Part shown: positions 1-8,579 of the stretch, one piece after another
How the letters are laid out: each line of letters starts with the position of its first letter
How positions within the stretch are numbered: position 1 is the first letter of the stretch
Origin: Candidatus Eiseniibacteriota bacterium
Lineage (GTDB): Bacteria > Eisenbacteria > RBG-16-71-46 > CAZEPH01
Reading direction: 5' to 3'
NCBI GenBank assembly: GCA_044229145.1
Contig: JBGATO010000102.1
Span: forward strand, 1 to 11,458
Length of the DNA stretch: 11,458 nt
Translations under genes and position numbers: made by a program
Notes under the pieces: generated by a model
Databases searched by the model: none
What the model saw: the letters and a program-made list of their open reading frames with translations, nothing else
What the model was told of the DNA's origin: nothing

Positions 1-189
1 GAGCACGTTGCCGACGCCAAAGACCGCCGCCAGGCCCGAGCCGGCGAGGCGCAGCACGCCCGTCGCCGTCGCCGCCGACACGAGCGGTGCGTCGGGCAGG
101 CTCGCCGGCCACAGCACGACGGCCCCGTAGCACAGGGCCAGGCCGCACGCCGCGATGAAGGCGCCGAGGAGTCGATAGCCCAGGTTCAT
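1..189 (-). CDS. Partial (N-terminal 63 aa) small membrane protein, runs off the left edge
   Basis: Manual translation from ATG at 189: MNLGYRLLGAFIAACGLALCYGAVVLWPASLPDAPLVSAATATGVLRLAGSGLAAVFGVGNVL. No stop to position 1, two hydrophobic stretches, GC3-rich codons. Not in the ORF track. Confidence 0.6.
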   Translation of the reverse strand, partial: MNLGYRLLGAFIAACGLALCYGAVVLWPASLPDAPLVSAATATGVLRLAGSGLAAVFGVGNVL

Positions 190-367
190 CCGCACACTCT
201 ACACGCCCCGGCCGCGGTCGGCAGCGGCCGGGGCATCGGTGAAGCGCCGCGGGCGCAGGATGCCCGGACCGCGCGCGATAATGCCGGCGTCCGGGACGCC
301 GAATCGGATTCTCCTGCCGCGCCTCTTCGTGAGCGCAGCGCCGGCAGCCGCCCGGAACCGGCCACGC

Positions 368-1135
368 ATGATCATCCTGCTCGTCAAGCTGCTCGCCGCA
401 CCGGCCCTCATCCTCGTCGCGACGCTGGTCAGCCGCCGGTTCGGGCAGGCGACGGGCGGATGGCTGGTGGGGCTGCCGCTGACCTCCGGGCCGATCGCGG
501 TCCTCCTCGCCGTCGAGCAGGGCCCGCGCTTCGCGCAGCTCGCGGCAGCCGGATCGCTCGGTGGGACCGTGGCCCAGGCGATCTTCGCGACCGCGTACGT
601 CGGCCTCGCGCAACGGTGGCGCTGGCCGGTCTGCCTCGTCGGCGCGAGCCTCGCGTTCGTCGCCTCGGGCCTCGTCCTCGCCAGCCTCGCGCTGCCGGTC
701 TCGGCGCTCGCGGGCATTGCCTGCGTGACGCTTGCCGGAACGCTGTGGACGATCGGCCCGCCAGGGGCCGACGCGACCGTCTCCGCGGCGCCGAAGTGGG
801 ACCTGCCGGTGCGCATGGCGGTCGCCACCGGACTGGTCATGCTCATCACGGCGGTCGCCCCCGCGATCGGGCCCGGCTCGAGCGGGCTCGCCGCGACGTT
901 CCCGCTGTTCGCAACCGTCCTCGCGGTGTTCGCCCACCGGCACCACGGCGCGCCGGCGGCGCACGGCGTCCTGCGCGGCCTGCTGCTCGGCCTCTTCGGC
1001 TTCGTCGGTTTCTTCGCCACCGTTTCCGGGCTCGTGACGCAGGCGGGGCTCGCCGCGACGTTCACCGCCGCGCTCGCCGTCAACCTCGTGATCTCCGCAG
1101 CCGCGTATCCGGTCCTGCGGTCGCGCTCGAACTGA
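368..1135 (+). CDS. Uncharacterised polytopic inner-membrane protein (255 aa, about 8 TM, two internally similar halves)
   Basis: Within ORF 239..1135. The hydrophobic protein starts at ATG 368 (MIILLVKLLAAPALILVATLVSRRFGQATGGWLVGLPLTSGP); the upstream extension is Arg/Pro-rich and non-protein-like. Strong GC3 bias. Confidence 0.8.
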   Translation: MIILLVKLLAAPALILVATLVSRRFGQATGGWLVGLPLTSGPIAVLLAVEQGPRFAQLAAAGSLGGTVAQAIFATAYVGLAQRWRWPVCLVGASLAFVASGLVLASLALPVSALAGIACVTLAGTLWTIGPPGADATVSAAPKWDLPVRMAVATGLVMLITAVAPAIGPGSSGLAATFPLFATVLAVFAHRHHGAPAAHGVLRGLLLGLFGFVGFFATVSGLVTQAGLAATFTAALAVNLVISAAAYPVLRSRSN

Positions 1136-1319
1136 CGCGGCGGCCCCTCGCCGATCGCGCGCGACCGGTGCGGGCAGACGCGCGGCGCGGAGGCCGCGCC
1201 CCGCTCGCTCGCCGGTCGAAGCTGCTAGACTGCCGTGCGCGGTCGGGTGTCGACGACCATCGCGCCGTCCGCCGGCAATCCCGGGCGACGCCGCCCTATC
1301 GCACCAGCACACCGCCAGC

Positions 1320-2600
1320 ATGAAAATCCGCCGCGCCACCGTCACCCCGATCGCGTTCAGGGATCCGCCGCTGCTGAACGCCGCCGGCATCCACGAACCG
1401 TACGCGCTGCGCTCGATCATCGAGGTCGAGACCGACAGCGGGCTCGTGGGCCTCGGCGAGTCGTACGCCGATGCGCCCGTGCTGGCCGCGCTCCAGAAGA
1501 CGAGCGGGGACCTGGCCGGCCTCGACCCCTTCGACCTCAACGGGCTGCGCGCGCGGGTCAAGGCCGCCACCGGCGCGTCCGCGACCGCAGCGCCGGCGCC
1601 CGGGACGGCGCTCGCCCCCGGCGCGTGGCCGGGCAAGATGGCCGCCAACGTCTACTCGGCGTTCGAGGTCGCGTGCATCGACCTGCAGGCGCGCCACCTG
1701 AACGCCCCGGTCGTCGACGTCCTCGGCGGTGCCGTGCGCGACGAGATCCCGTTCAGCGCGTACCTGTTCTTCAAGTACGCCGAGCACGTCGACACGCCGT
1801 ACGCGCCCGACACCTGGGGCGAGGCGCTCGGCGCCGAGCAGATCGTCGCGCAGGCGGCGCGGATGCGCGACGCGTACGGCTTTCGCAGCATCAAGCTCAA
1901 GGCCGGCACGCTGCTCGGCCCCGAGCACGAGGTCGCGTGCCTGAAGGCGTTGAAGCGCGCGTTCCCGGACTGCCCGCTGCGCATCGATCCCAACAACAAC
2001 TGGTCGCTCGAAACGGCGGTCCGCATGGCGGAGACCATGGGCGCCGACCTCGAGTACTACGAGGATCCGACGCCGGGCCTCGACGGCATGGCCGAGCTGC
2101 ACCGGCGCACCGGCGTGCCGCTCGCGACCAACATGGTCGTGACCGACTTCGAGGAGCTCCGGCAGAGCCTCGCGCGCAACAGCGTCCAGATCGTGCTCGC
2201 CGACCACCACTTCTGGGGCGGCTTGCGCGACACCCAGCTCCTCGCGCGCATCTGCGGCATGTTCGGCCTCGGCGTGTCGATGCACTCGAACTCGCACCTC
2301 GGCATCAGCCTGATGGCGATGTCGCACGTCGCGGCGTCGATCCCGAACCTGACCTACGCGTGCGACACGCACTACCCGTGGCAGGAGCCGGACGAGGAAG
2401 TGCTCCGCGGCGGCAAGCTGCCCATCGTCGGCGGCTGCGTGCGCGTCACCCGCGCGCCGGGACTGGGTGTGGAGCTCGACCACGAGCAGGTGCGCAAGCT
2501 GCACGAGCTCTATCTCGCATGCGGCATCCGCCAGCGCGACGACGTGCGGCAGATGCAGCGCTATCGGCCGGACTGGCGCAACGTGAAGCCGCGCTTCTGA
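1320..2600 (+). CDS. Glucarate dehydratase family protein (enolase superfamily, GlucD-related)
   Basis: 426 aa with GlucD-subgroup motifs: D-P-P-L-L-N-x-x-G-x-H-E-P, GLGE, KLKAG (KxK), RIDPN, YYEDP, ATNM, DHHFWGG, MHSNSHLGIS, DTHYPWQ, PGLGVELD. Confidence 0.9.
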   Translation: MKIRRATVTPIAFRDPPLLNAAGIHEPYALRSIIEVETDSGLVGLGESYADAPVLAALQKTSGDLAGLDPFDLNGLRARVKAATGASATAAPAPGTALAPGAWPGKMAANVYSAFEVACIDLQARHLNAPVVDVLGGAVRDEIPFSAYLFFKYAEHVDTPYAPDTWGEALGAEQIVAQAARMRDAYGFRSIKLKAGTLLGPEHEVACLKALKRAFPDCPLRIDPNNNWSLETAVRMAETMGADLEYYEDPTPGLDGMAELHRRTGVPLATNMVVTDFEELRQSLARNSVQIVLADHHFWGGLRDTQLLARICGMFGLGVSMHSNSHLGISLMAMSHVAASIPNLTYACDTHYPWQEPDEEVLRGGKLPIVGGCVRVTRAPGLGVELDHEQVRKLHELYLACGIRQRDDVRQMQRYRPDWRNVKPRF

Positions 2601-2664
2601 CGCCGCCGCGCACAGGAAATTTCAACCGGGACCCGTGGGGGCCCTCACCGAGAGGAGCGTGAGC

Positions 2665-3645
2665 ATGAGCCGTCTGTACAAGTGCATCGTCGCGCTGGGA
2701 TGCGCGCTCTCCGCCGTCGCGGCGGCCCCGGCGCTGGCGCAGGCCGCGTGGCCATCCAAACCCGTCGTCTACGTCGTGCCGTTCGCCCCCGGCGGCAACA
2801 CCGACGCCTTCGCGCGGCTCCTCAACCAGAAGCTCGGCGCCGCGCTCGGGCAGCCGGTCGTCATCGAGAACAAGCCGGGCGCCGGCGGCAACGTCGGCTC
2901 CGACTACGTCGCCAAGGCGGCGCCGGACGGCTACACGATCCTCGGCGGCACGATCAGCTCGCACGCGATCAACGTCAGCGTCTATCCGAGCATGCCGTAC
3001 GATCCGGTCAAGTCGTTCGAGCCCGTGATCCTGCTCGGCAGCAACCCGCTCGTGTTCGCCGTCAGCGCGACCACGCCGTACAAGACGCTGAAGGAGGTGC
3101 TCGACGCGGCCCGCGCGAAGCCCGGGCAACTGGCGTTCGCGTCGCCGGGCAACGGCACGTCGCCGCATCTCGCCGGCGAGCTCCTGAAGCTCCAGGCCGG
3201 CGTCGACTTCACGCACGTCCCCTACAAGGGCAGCGGCCCGGCGCTCACCGACGTGATCGGCGGGCAGGTGCCGATCATCATCGACACGACGATCGTGCTG
3301 GGTCCGCAGATCAAGGCCGGCAAGCTGCGCCCGCTCGCCGTCGCCTATCCCAAGCGGCTCGCCACGCTCCCCGACGTGCCGACGGCCGCCGAAGCCGGCG
3401 TGCCGGGCTGGGACGTCGTGTCGTGGCAGGCGGTGTTCGCGCCCGCGGGCACGCCGAAGCCGGTCGTCGCCCGCCTGAACACCGAGATCGCGCGCGTCAT
3501 GAAGACACCCGACGTGCAGGCGCGCCTGGCCGAGATGGGCGTGGAAGTTGCGGCCGGCCCGCCCGAGCAACTCGGCGACTTCCAGAAGGCCGAGATCGCC
3601 AAGTGGGCGAAGGTCGTGAAGGCGGCGGGGATCAAGGTGGAGTGA
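2665..3645 (+). CDS. Bug/TctC-family tripartite tricarboxylate transporter substrate-binding protein
   Basis: SD AGAGGAG at 2651-2657, 7 nt before ATG 2665. Sec signal peptide (..APALA/QAAWP). Motifs WPSKPV, PFAPGGxTD, ENKPGAGG, PDGYT, HVPYKGSGPA, GKLRPLAV, LPDVPT, W-x-K-V-V-K-x-A-G-I-K. Confidence 0.95.
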   Translation: MSRLYKCIVALGCALSAVAAAPALAQAAWPSKPVVYVVPFAPGGNTDAFARLLNQKLGAALGQPVVIENKPGAGGNVGSDYVAKAAPDGYTILGGTISSHAINVSVYPSMPYDPVKSFEPVILLGSNPLVFAVSATTPYKTLKEVLDAARAKPGQLAFASPGNGTSPHLAGELLKLQAGVDFTHVPYKGSGPALTDVIGGQVPIIIDTTIVLGPQIKAGKLRPLAVAYPKRLATLPDVPTAAEAGVPGWDVVSWQAVFAPAGTPKPVVARLNTEIARVMKTPDVQARLAEMGVEVAAGPPEQLGDFQKAEIAKWAKVVKAAGIKVE

Positions 3646-3743
3646 GGCGCGCGGTGCGCGGCGACGCCGACGGCGGCCGCCGCGCGCAGCATCGCGGCCC
3701 GGCAGCGCGCGGTGCCTGAAGCGGCAGCGCGCTCAGCGCGGGC

Positions 3744-5531
3744 TCATCGCTGGCCCGGCGACGGCAGCACCCACCGGCCGTCGCGCAGCGGCAGGAAAGC
3801 CCCGTCGTCCTGGCCCACCTCCTCGGCGAGGCGGACGTTGAGCTTCGTGTTCATCGCCATGACGAGCTCGCGCGCGGCGCCGGCGCCGCTCGCGAGGTTG
3901 CGGGTCTCATCGGGATCCGCCGCGAGGTCGTAGAGCTCGAGGTCGTTGTTCGCGACGAGGTCCTCCCACGTGGCCGGCGTGTTGAAGGAGAGCGGCGCGA
4001 AGTAGCGGCTGAAGCGGTAGCGCCCGTCGAACGCGCTGCGCACGCCGCAGCGCAGCTTGAAGTCGGGCTCGTTCTGCAGCATCCACGCGGCCTTCTGCGG
4101 CCCGGTGAGCCCGGGCGTGCGCAGGTACTGCTCGAGGCGTGCGATCCACGCGGCGTCCTGGTAGAGCAGCATGTTGAAGTTGAACAGTGTGGCCGGCCGC
4201 AGGGCGTCCACGCCCGCGCGCTCGGGGCTGCGGAGCAGCACGGAGAAGTCGCGCCCCGGCAGCCCCGCCTGTGCCGCCTTCACTTCGCCCTCCGCCTTGC
4301 CGGTGAGCGCGAGCAGCGTCGGGACGAGGTCGATCTCCGAGGTCAGCGCCCGGCAGGTCCGGCCGCGCGCATACGCGGGATGGACGACGATCAGCGGCAG
4401 GTGCGTTTGCTCCCGGTAGGCGCACGTCCCCTTCCCGCGCATCTGGTGCGCGCCGCCCAGTTCGCCGTGGTCGGCGGTGAAGACGACGATCGTCTTCGCG
4501 GCCATGCCCGACTCGCGCAGCGCGTCGAGCGTGGCCACGACCTGGCGGTCGCCGTCGCGGATGCAGTTGTAGTAGTAGTCGCGCAGCAACTGCCAGCGCC
4601 GGTCCTCGTCGGGCCACTGCCCGACCAGCTGGTCCTGCACGGACTGGTAGACCCGGTGGGCGAACGGCCTGCCGGCCGCGTCGAGCGGCTGGTGCCGCGT
4701 GGGCGGCAGCGGCTCGTTCCAGTGTGCCTTGTAGATCTCGTCGGCGGGCGGGCGGGCGATCGGCTCCACCGTCTGCCTGCCCTGCACCGTCTCGCCCGGC
4801 CGGTCCGAGTCGACGTACATGACGTCGTGCGGATTGACGAGGTTGACGGCGAGGAACCACGGCGAGCCCCCGGCATTGAGCTGCGCGCCCCTGGTGCGCA
4901 GCCAGCGCGCGGCGAACGCCGCGGTCGATGCGTCGTAGCTGTAGCCGCCCAGCGTCGTGTCGACGATGTCGCCGACGCCGAGGAAGTCCTTGAAGCCGTA
5001 CGACTCGATGATGCTGCGATAGGTCGCCATCGGCGCGTCGACCGCGTCGGCGACCGTGTCGAGGTTGCGGCTCAGGTGCCACTTGCCCTGGTACGACGGG
5101 TAGTAGCCCAGCTGGGCGAGCCGCGCGCCCACCGTCCTGACGGCGGTCGCCATGTTCGCCTGCCACGGCGCGTTCACGTTGTCGAACACGCCCGTGTGCT
5201 GGATGTGGTGGCCGGTGTAGAGCGTCGAGCGCGCCGGCGAGCAGGCGCAGGCCGCCGCCTGGTGGTTCAGGAACGCGATGCCGTTCTTCCTGAGCCACTC
5301 GCGCCCCGCGACCGGGAAGGGCCAGCGCTCGAAGAAGTGCTCCTGGTCGACGAGGACGAACAGGATGTTGTAGCCGGGCGGCGGGCCCGCCGGCGCCGGG
5401 CGCGCGCCGGGTCCGTTCGTGACGGCGGCGCTCGCCCGGTCGGGCAGGAACTGCGCCCCGAGCAGTGCGGCGCCGGCCCCCACGAAGGTGCGGCGCCCCG
5501 TGTCGGGAGGTTGATCGTCCTGGCTCTTCAT
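3744..5531 (-). CDS. Tat-exported sulfatase-like hydrolase (Cys-type formylglycine-dependent sulfatase family), 595 aa
   Basis: In the frame of ORF 3744..5801. Likely start ATG 5531 (MKSQDDQPPDTGRRTFVGAGAALLG, twin-Arg RRTFV). Motifs NILFVLVDQ, CSPARSTLYTG (CxPxR), GKWHL, NPHD, FTADHGE, HQMRGKG, ELYDLAADPDETRNLA. Confidence 0.9.
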   Translation of the reverse strand: MKSQDDQPPDTGRRTFVGAGAALLGAQFLPDRASAAVTNGPGARPAPAGPPPGYNILFVLVDQEHFFERWPFPVAGREWLRKNGIAFLNHQAAACACSPARSTLYTGHHIQHTGVFDNVNAPWQANMATAVRTVGARLAQLGYYPSYQGKWHLSRNLDTVADAVDAPMATYRSIIESYGFKDFLGVGDIVDTTLGGYSYDASTAAFAARWLRTRGAQLNAGGSPWFLAVNLVNPHDVMYVDSDRPGETVQGRQTVEPIARPPADEIYKAHWNEPLPPTRHQPLDAAGRPFAHRVYQSVQDQLVGQWPDEDRRWQLLRDYYYNCIRDGDRQVVATLDALRESGMAAKTIVVFTADHGELGGAHQMRGKGTCAYREQTHLPLIVVHPAYARGRTCRALTSEIDLVPTLLALTGKAEGEVKAAQAGLPGRDFSVLLRSPERAGVDALRPATLFNFNMLLYQDAAWIARLEQYLRTPGLTGPQKAAWMLQNEPDFKLRCGVRSAFDGRYRFSRYFAPLSFNTPATWEDLVANNDLELYDLAADPDETRNLASGAGAARELVMAMNTKLNVRLAEEVGQDDGAFLPLRDGRWVLPSPGQR

Positions 5532-5857
5532 CGAGTGCGATTCCGACTGGTGAACGCGGCCGCGCCGCCGCCGGCGCTGCGCGGTCGCACGCGCAGAACT
5601 CCCGGAGGCGCTGCCATCTCGCCGTCGCTTGCGCCGCGTTCGCGCTCGCACGGCGTTGCAGATAGGATGCACGCGCCGCTGCCATTCCCGCAAGCGACCC
5701 GGCGACCCGACGACGCTTTCCGCGTCGCTGGCGCCGAGCGATCGCCGCACGAATCGCGGCGCGGTCGCTCGCAGCCCGCCGCGACGAAAGCCTGCGCGCA
5801 CCGCGGCGGGCGTCGGCCGCTCGCGGGTCGCCCGGCGCAGTCACGCGGCGGGCACGC

Positions 5858-5891
5858 AAGAAAAAGCGCCCGGCACGCAAGTGCCGGGCGC
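5858..5891 (-). terminator. Rho-independent terminator of the DUF1254 gene
   Basis: Perfect 11-bp stem GCGCCCGGCAC (5866-5876) / GTGCCGGGCGC (5881-5891) with a 4-nt loop, followed on the minus strand by TTTTTCTT; lies 23 nt past the stop codon at 5915. Confidence 0.85.
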
Positions 5892-5914
5892 CCCGGAGCG
5901 ACCGCTGAGTAGGC

Positions 5915-7399
5915 CTACGACGCCTGCTTCACCTCCGGCGGCTTCCACGAGCCGTCGAGGATCGAGGGCGGGTTCTCCTTCGGCCAGTACAGCCGCATCA
6001 TCAGCACGAAGTCGCCCTTCGGCGCCGGCAGCCAGTTCGCTTCCTTGTCCTTGCCCGGCGACTCGTTCTGCACGTACAGGTCGACCGACCCGTCGGCGTT
6101 CGCCTTGAACTTGCTGCGGCTGCTCACCGTGTAGCGGTTGATCGGGTTGGGCACGAAGAAGTAGTCCTTGTCGTACATCGTGATCGACCAGAAGCCGTTC
6201 ACCGGCGGGAAGCCGCCCTTCTCGACGCGCACCACGTACTTGTTCGCGCCGCTGTACTTCTTGACCACGTCCGGACCTTCCGACGTCGGGTAGACGGCGT
6301 CCTGCGGCCGGTTGGCGCCGAGGCCGTAGTACGTGATCAGCGCGCGGTTGAGGTAGTTGGTGCCGTAGATTCCCGTCTTGGGGAAGAACAGCCAGCCGTG
6401 CTCGACCTTCGCGTCGCCGCGCACGATGGCCTCGGGGAGCGAGGCGATCTTGCCCTGCGCGGGCTTGACGGCCGCGTTGACGCCCTTCAGGACCGCCGGG
6501 TCGAGCTTGGCCGCGTCGAACGGCTGCCCCGGCACGATGCCGATCTTCGCGAGCTTCGCCAGCATCGGCGCGTCGGCCGCGGCCGGCGGATTGGCCTTGA
6601 GGATCTCGGAGAACAGCTTGAAGTACGCGGCCCCGTCCATCGCGTCGACCTGGTCGCGCGGCGCCTTCTTCATGTCGACGGCGGCGTCGACCGTGCCGGC
6701 GGCCGCGGTGTACGGCTTCCCGAACGCCGACAGCGGCACGGCACTCACCTGGTCCTGCAGCGCGTGCACCGCCTTGTAGTCCTCCGGCGTGCCGGACGAG
6801 TAGATGCGGCCGAGGATCCAGACGATGCTGGTCGGCGCCTTGTACTCGGTGACGCCGGCCGGCAGCGTGCCCGACCAGCCCGGCCCGGTGATCGCGTACT
6901 TCTGTGCCTTGGTGCCCGTCGTGCGCTTGCCCGGGACCTCGAACACGTTGGTCCACATGTCGAGCATCGGGAACAGGAAGTAGCGGTCCTTCATGTCCGG
7001 GATGCTCAGGATCCACGGCTCCTTCGAGACGTCGAGCCACGTCAGCGTGTAGAGCGTGTCCGCGTTGGGTGCGGTGACCGAGTGGTCGTCGACGGCGGGG
7101 TAGCTCCTCAGGCGCGCGAACTGTCCCATCGGCGCCTTCGAGCCTTCCGGCTTCTCGACGTTGGTCATCACGCGCCGCGTGATCTCCATCGTGACCAGCG
7201 GGTACGCGTACGTGTACGCCTCGATCGCGATCTCGCGCGCCTCGAGTTCCTTCGCGGCGCTCTCGGCGGCGGCCTTGGCTTCGACGGCCGCCTTGTCGAC
7301 GGCCTTCTCGACCTTGGCGGGCTCCTGCTTGCCGCAGGAGGAGAGGGACACGGCCGCGAGCGCGGCCAGCAACGGAAGCAGGAGCCTTTGCAGTTTCAC
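5915..7399 (-). CDS. DUF1254/DUF1214 domain lipoprotein (494 aa)
   Basis: GTG start with SD GAGGA 7 nt upstream. Lipobox LSSC. Family-typical motifs AYTYAYPLV, PNADTLY, WLDVSKEP, DMWTNVF, GPGWSG, GLGAN, FWSITMYD, NPINRY, ADGSVDLYVQ, NWLPAP, MRLYWP. Confidence 0.9.
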   Translation of the reverse strand: MKLQRLLLPLLAALAAVSLSSCGKQEPAKVEKAVDKAAVEAKAAAESAAKELEAREIAIEAYTYAYPLVTMEITRRVMTNVEKPEGSKAPMGQFARLRSYPAVDDHSVTAPNADTLYTLTWLDVSKEPWILSIPDMKDRYFLFPMLDMWTNVFEVPGKRTTGTKAQKYAITGPGWSGTLPAGVTEYKAPTSIVWILGRIYSSGTPEDYKAVHALQDQVSAVPLSAFGKPYTAAAGTVDAAVDMKKAPRDQVDAMDGAAYFKLFSEILKANPPAAADAPMLAKLAKIGIVPGQPFDAAKLDPAVLKGVNAAVKPAQGKIASLPEAIVRGDAKVEHGWLFFPKTGIYGTNYLNRALITYYGLGANRPQDAVYPTSEGPDVVKKYSGANKYVVRVEKGGFPPVNGFWSITMYDKDYFFVPNPINRYTVSSRSKFKANADGSVDLYVQNESPGKDKEANWLPAPKGDFVLMMRLYWPKENPPSILDGSWKPPEVKQAS

Positions 7400-7441
7400 C
7401 GGGGAATCCTCGCAGTGGGACGGGGAGCGCTTCGGGCCCGC

Positions 7442-7450
7442 ATGTTACCA
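7442..7450 (-). promoter_or_regulatory. Candidate extended -10 promoter element (TGGTAACAT) for the DUF1254 gene
   Basis: Minus strand reads TG-G-TAACAT about 43 nt upstream of the GTG at 7399. There is no good -35, which would fit activator dependence. Confidence 0.35.
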
Positions 7451-7517
7451 GCCCCGTGGCCGGCCGAGATTGGCAGCGGCCCACGGAATTTTGCATTTCG
7501 GGACATTCCAACTGAAA

Positions 7518-8579
7518 ATGCGCGACCCGCCCATGCGTGCGCCCCGTCCAACGTCCAGCTCGTCGCCGGGAGAACTCGGCCAGGTCATCCGGGTCGGCGG
7601 CGCGGCGGCACTTCTGCCGCTGCTCGTCGAACGGGGCATCGATCCCGATGCGCTGGCGGCCGAAGCAGGCTTGTCCGCCGCGGTCTTCGCCGACCCCGAC
7701 AACGTCGTCCCGTTCGCGGCCCTGTGCCGCCTGACCAGGCTCGCGGCCGAGCGCGCCGCGCTGCCCGATATCGGCCTGCGCGCGTGCGTGAACACGGGCC
7801 TGGCGTCGCTGGGCACGCTGGGCTACCTCGTCGCCAACTCCGAGACGGTTGGGCGCGGGCTCGCCGCGCTCGAAGCGTATCTCTACGTCCACGACCAGGG
7901 CGCCACGCCGGTCATCGCCCGCGACGGCGACACTGCGTACCTGGGCTACGAAGTTCTCGCACCGGGAATCCCCGGCGCAGACCAGGTGACCTTCGGTGCG
8001 CTGGCCATCGCGACGAACATCCTGCGCAAGCTCTGCGGCACCGGCTTTCGCCTGCAGGAGGTCGCGATCGCATACCGCGCCCCTGCCGACACGTCGCTGT
8101 TTCGTTCGTTCTTCGACGCTCCGGTCAGGTTCGACGCGGAGCGCAGCGCGCTCGCCTTCGACACCCGTTGGCTCGCGATGCCGATACCGACCGCCGACCC
8201 GTACCTGCGCACCATCCTGGTCGAGAGGATCCAGCACGAAACCGCCCGCCTGGGCGAGCCGGCCACGGACCGCATCCGCCGCGTGATGCGTTCCCTCGTG
8301 GCCGGCGGCAGGTTTTCGGTCGCCGACGCCGCGGCCGCATTCGGCGTCGATCGCCGCACGCTCGCGCGGCGCCTGGCGAGCAGCAGGACGAGTTTCCGCG
8401 AACTGCTCGACGAGGCACGCCACGGCGAGGCGCAACGCCTGTTGCAGTCCACCGCAGTTTCGGTCGCCGAGATCGCCGCGCGTCTTGGCTACTCCGACAC
8501 GGCGACGTTCACGCGCGCGTTCCGCCGCTGGGCCGGGACTTCGCCGCGGCAGTGGCGGGCGGCGAGCCGCGCGATCTAG
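7518..8579 (+). CDS. AraC-family transcriptional regulator (Arabinose_bd_2-type N-domain plus C-terminal HTH)
   Basis: In the frame of ORF 7161..8579; start ATG 7518 or 7533. N-domain GIDPDALAAEAGL..LGTLGYL..FFDAPVRFDA. C-terminal RTLARRLA..SFRELLDEAR..IAARLGYSDTATFTRAFRRWAGTSPRQWR. Confidence 0.92.
   Translation: MRDPPMRAPRPTSSSSPGELGQVIRVGGAAALLPLLVERGIDPDALAAEAGLSAAVFADPDNVVPFAALCRLTRLAAERAALPDIGLRACVNTGLASLGTLGYLVANSETVGRGLAALEAYLYVHDQGATPVIARDGDTAYLGYEVLAPGIPGADQVTFGALAIATNILRKLCGTGFRLQEVAIAYRAPADTSLFRSFFDAPVRFDAERSALAFDTRWLAMPIPTADPYLRTILVERIQHETARLGEPATDRIRRVMRSLVAGGRFSVADAAAAFGVDRRTLARRLASSRTSFRELLDEARHGEAQRLLQSTAVSVAEIAARLGYSDTATFTRAFRRWAGTSPRQWRAASRAI

Noticed and set aside
1151..1200. 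GC-rich palindrome (1151-1168) and hairpin GGCGCGG-AGG-CCGCGCC (1184-1200) as terminator or REP
   Set aside because: No U-tract, no second copy seen, and such dyads are common by chance at this GC.
3646..3743. Short GCGCGCGGTGC and CGGCAGCGCGC direct repeats between convergent genes
   Set aside because: Low-complexity GC sequence with no regular period or terminator structure.
7443..7449. TGTTACC as the missing IS left end
   Set aside because: Only a 7-bp match, in the same orientation as the right-end repeats rather than inverted.
7470..7494. Sigma-54 promoter (TTGGCA...TTGCA)
   Set aside because: Spacing between the GG and GC elements is far longer than the -24/-12 requirement.
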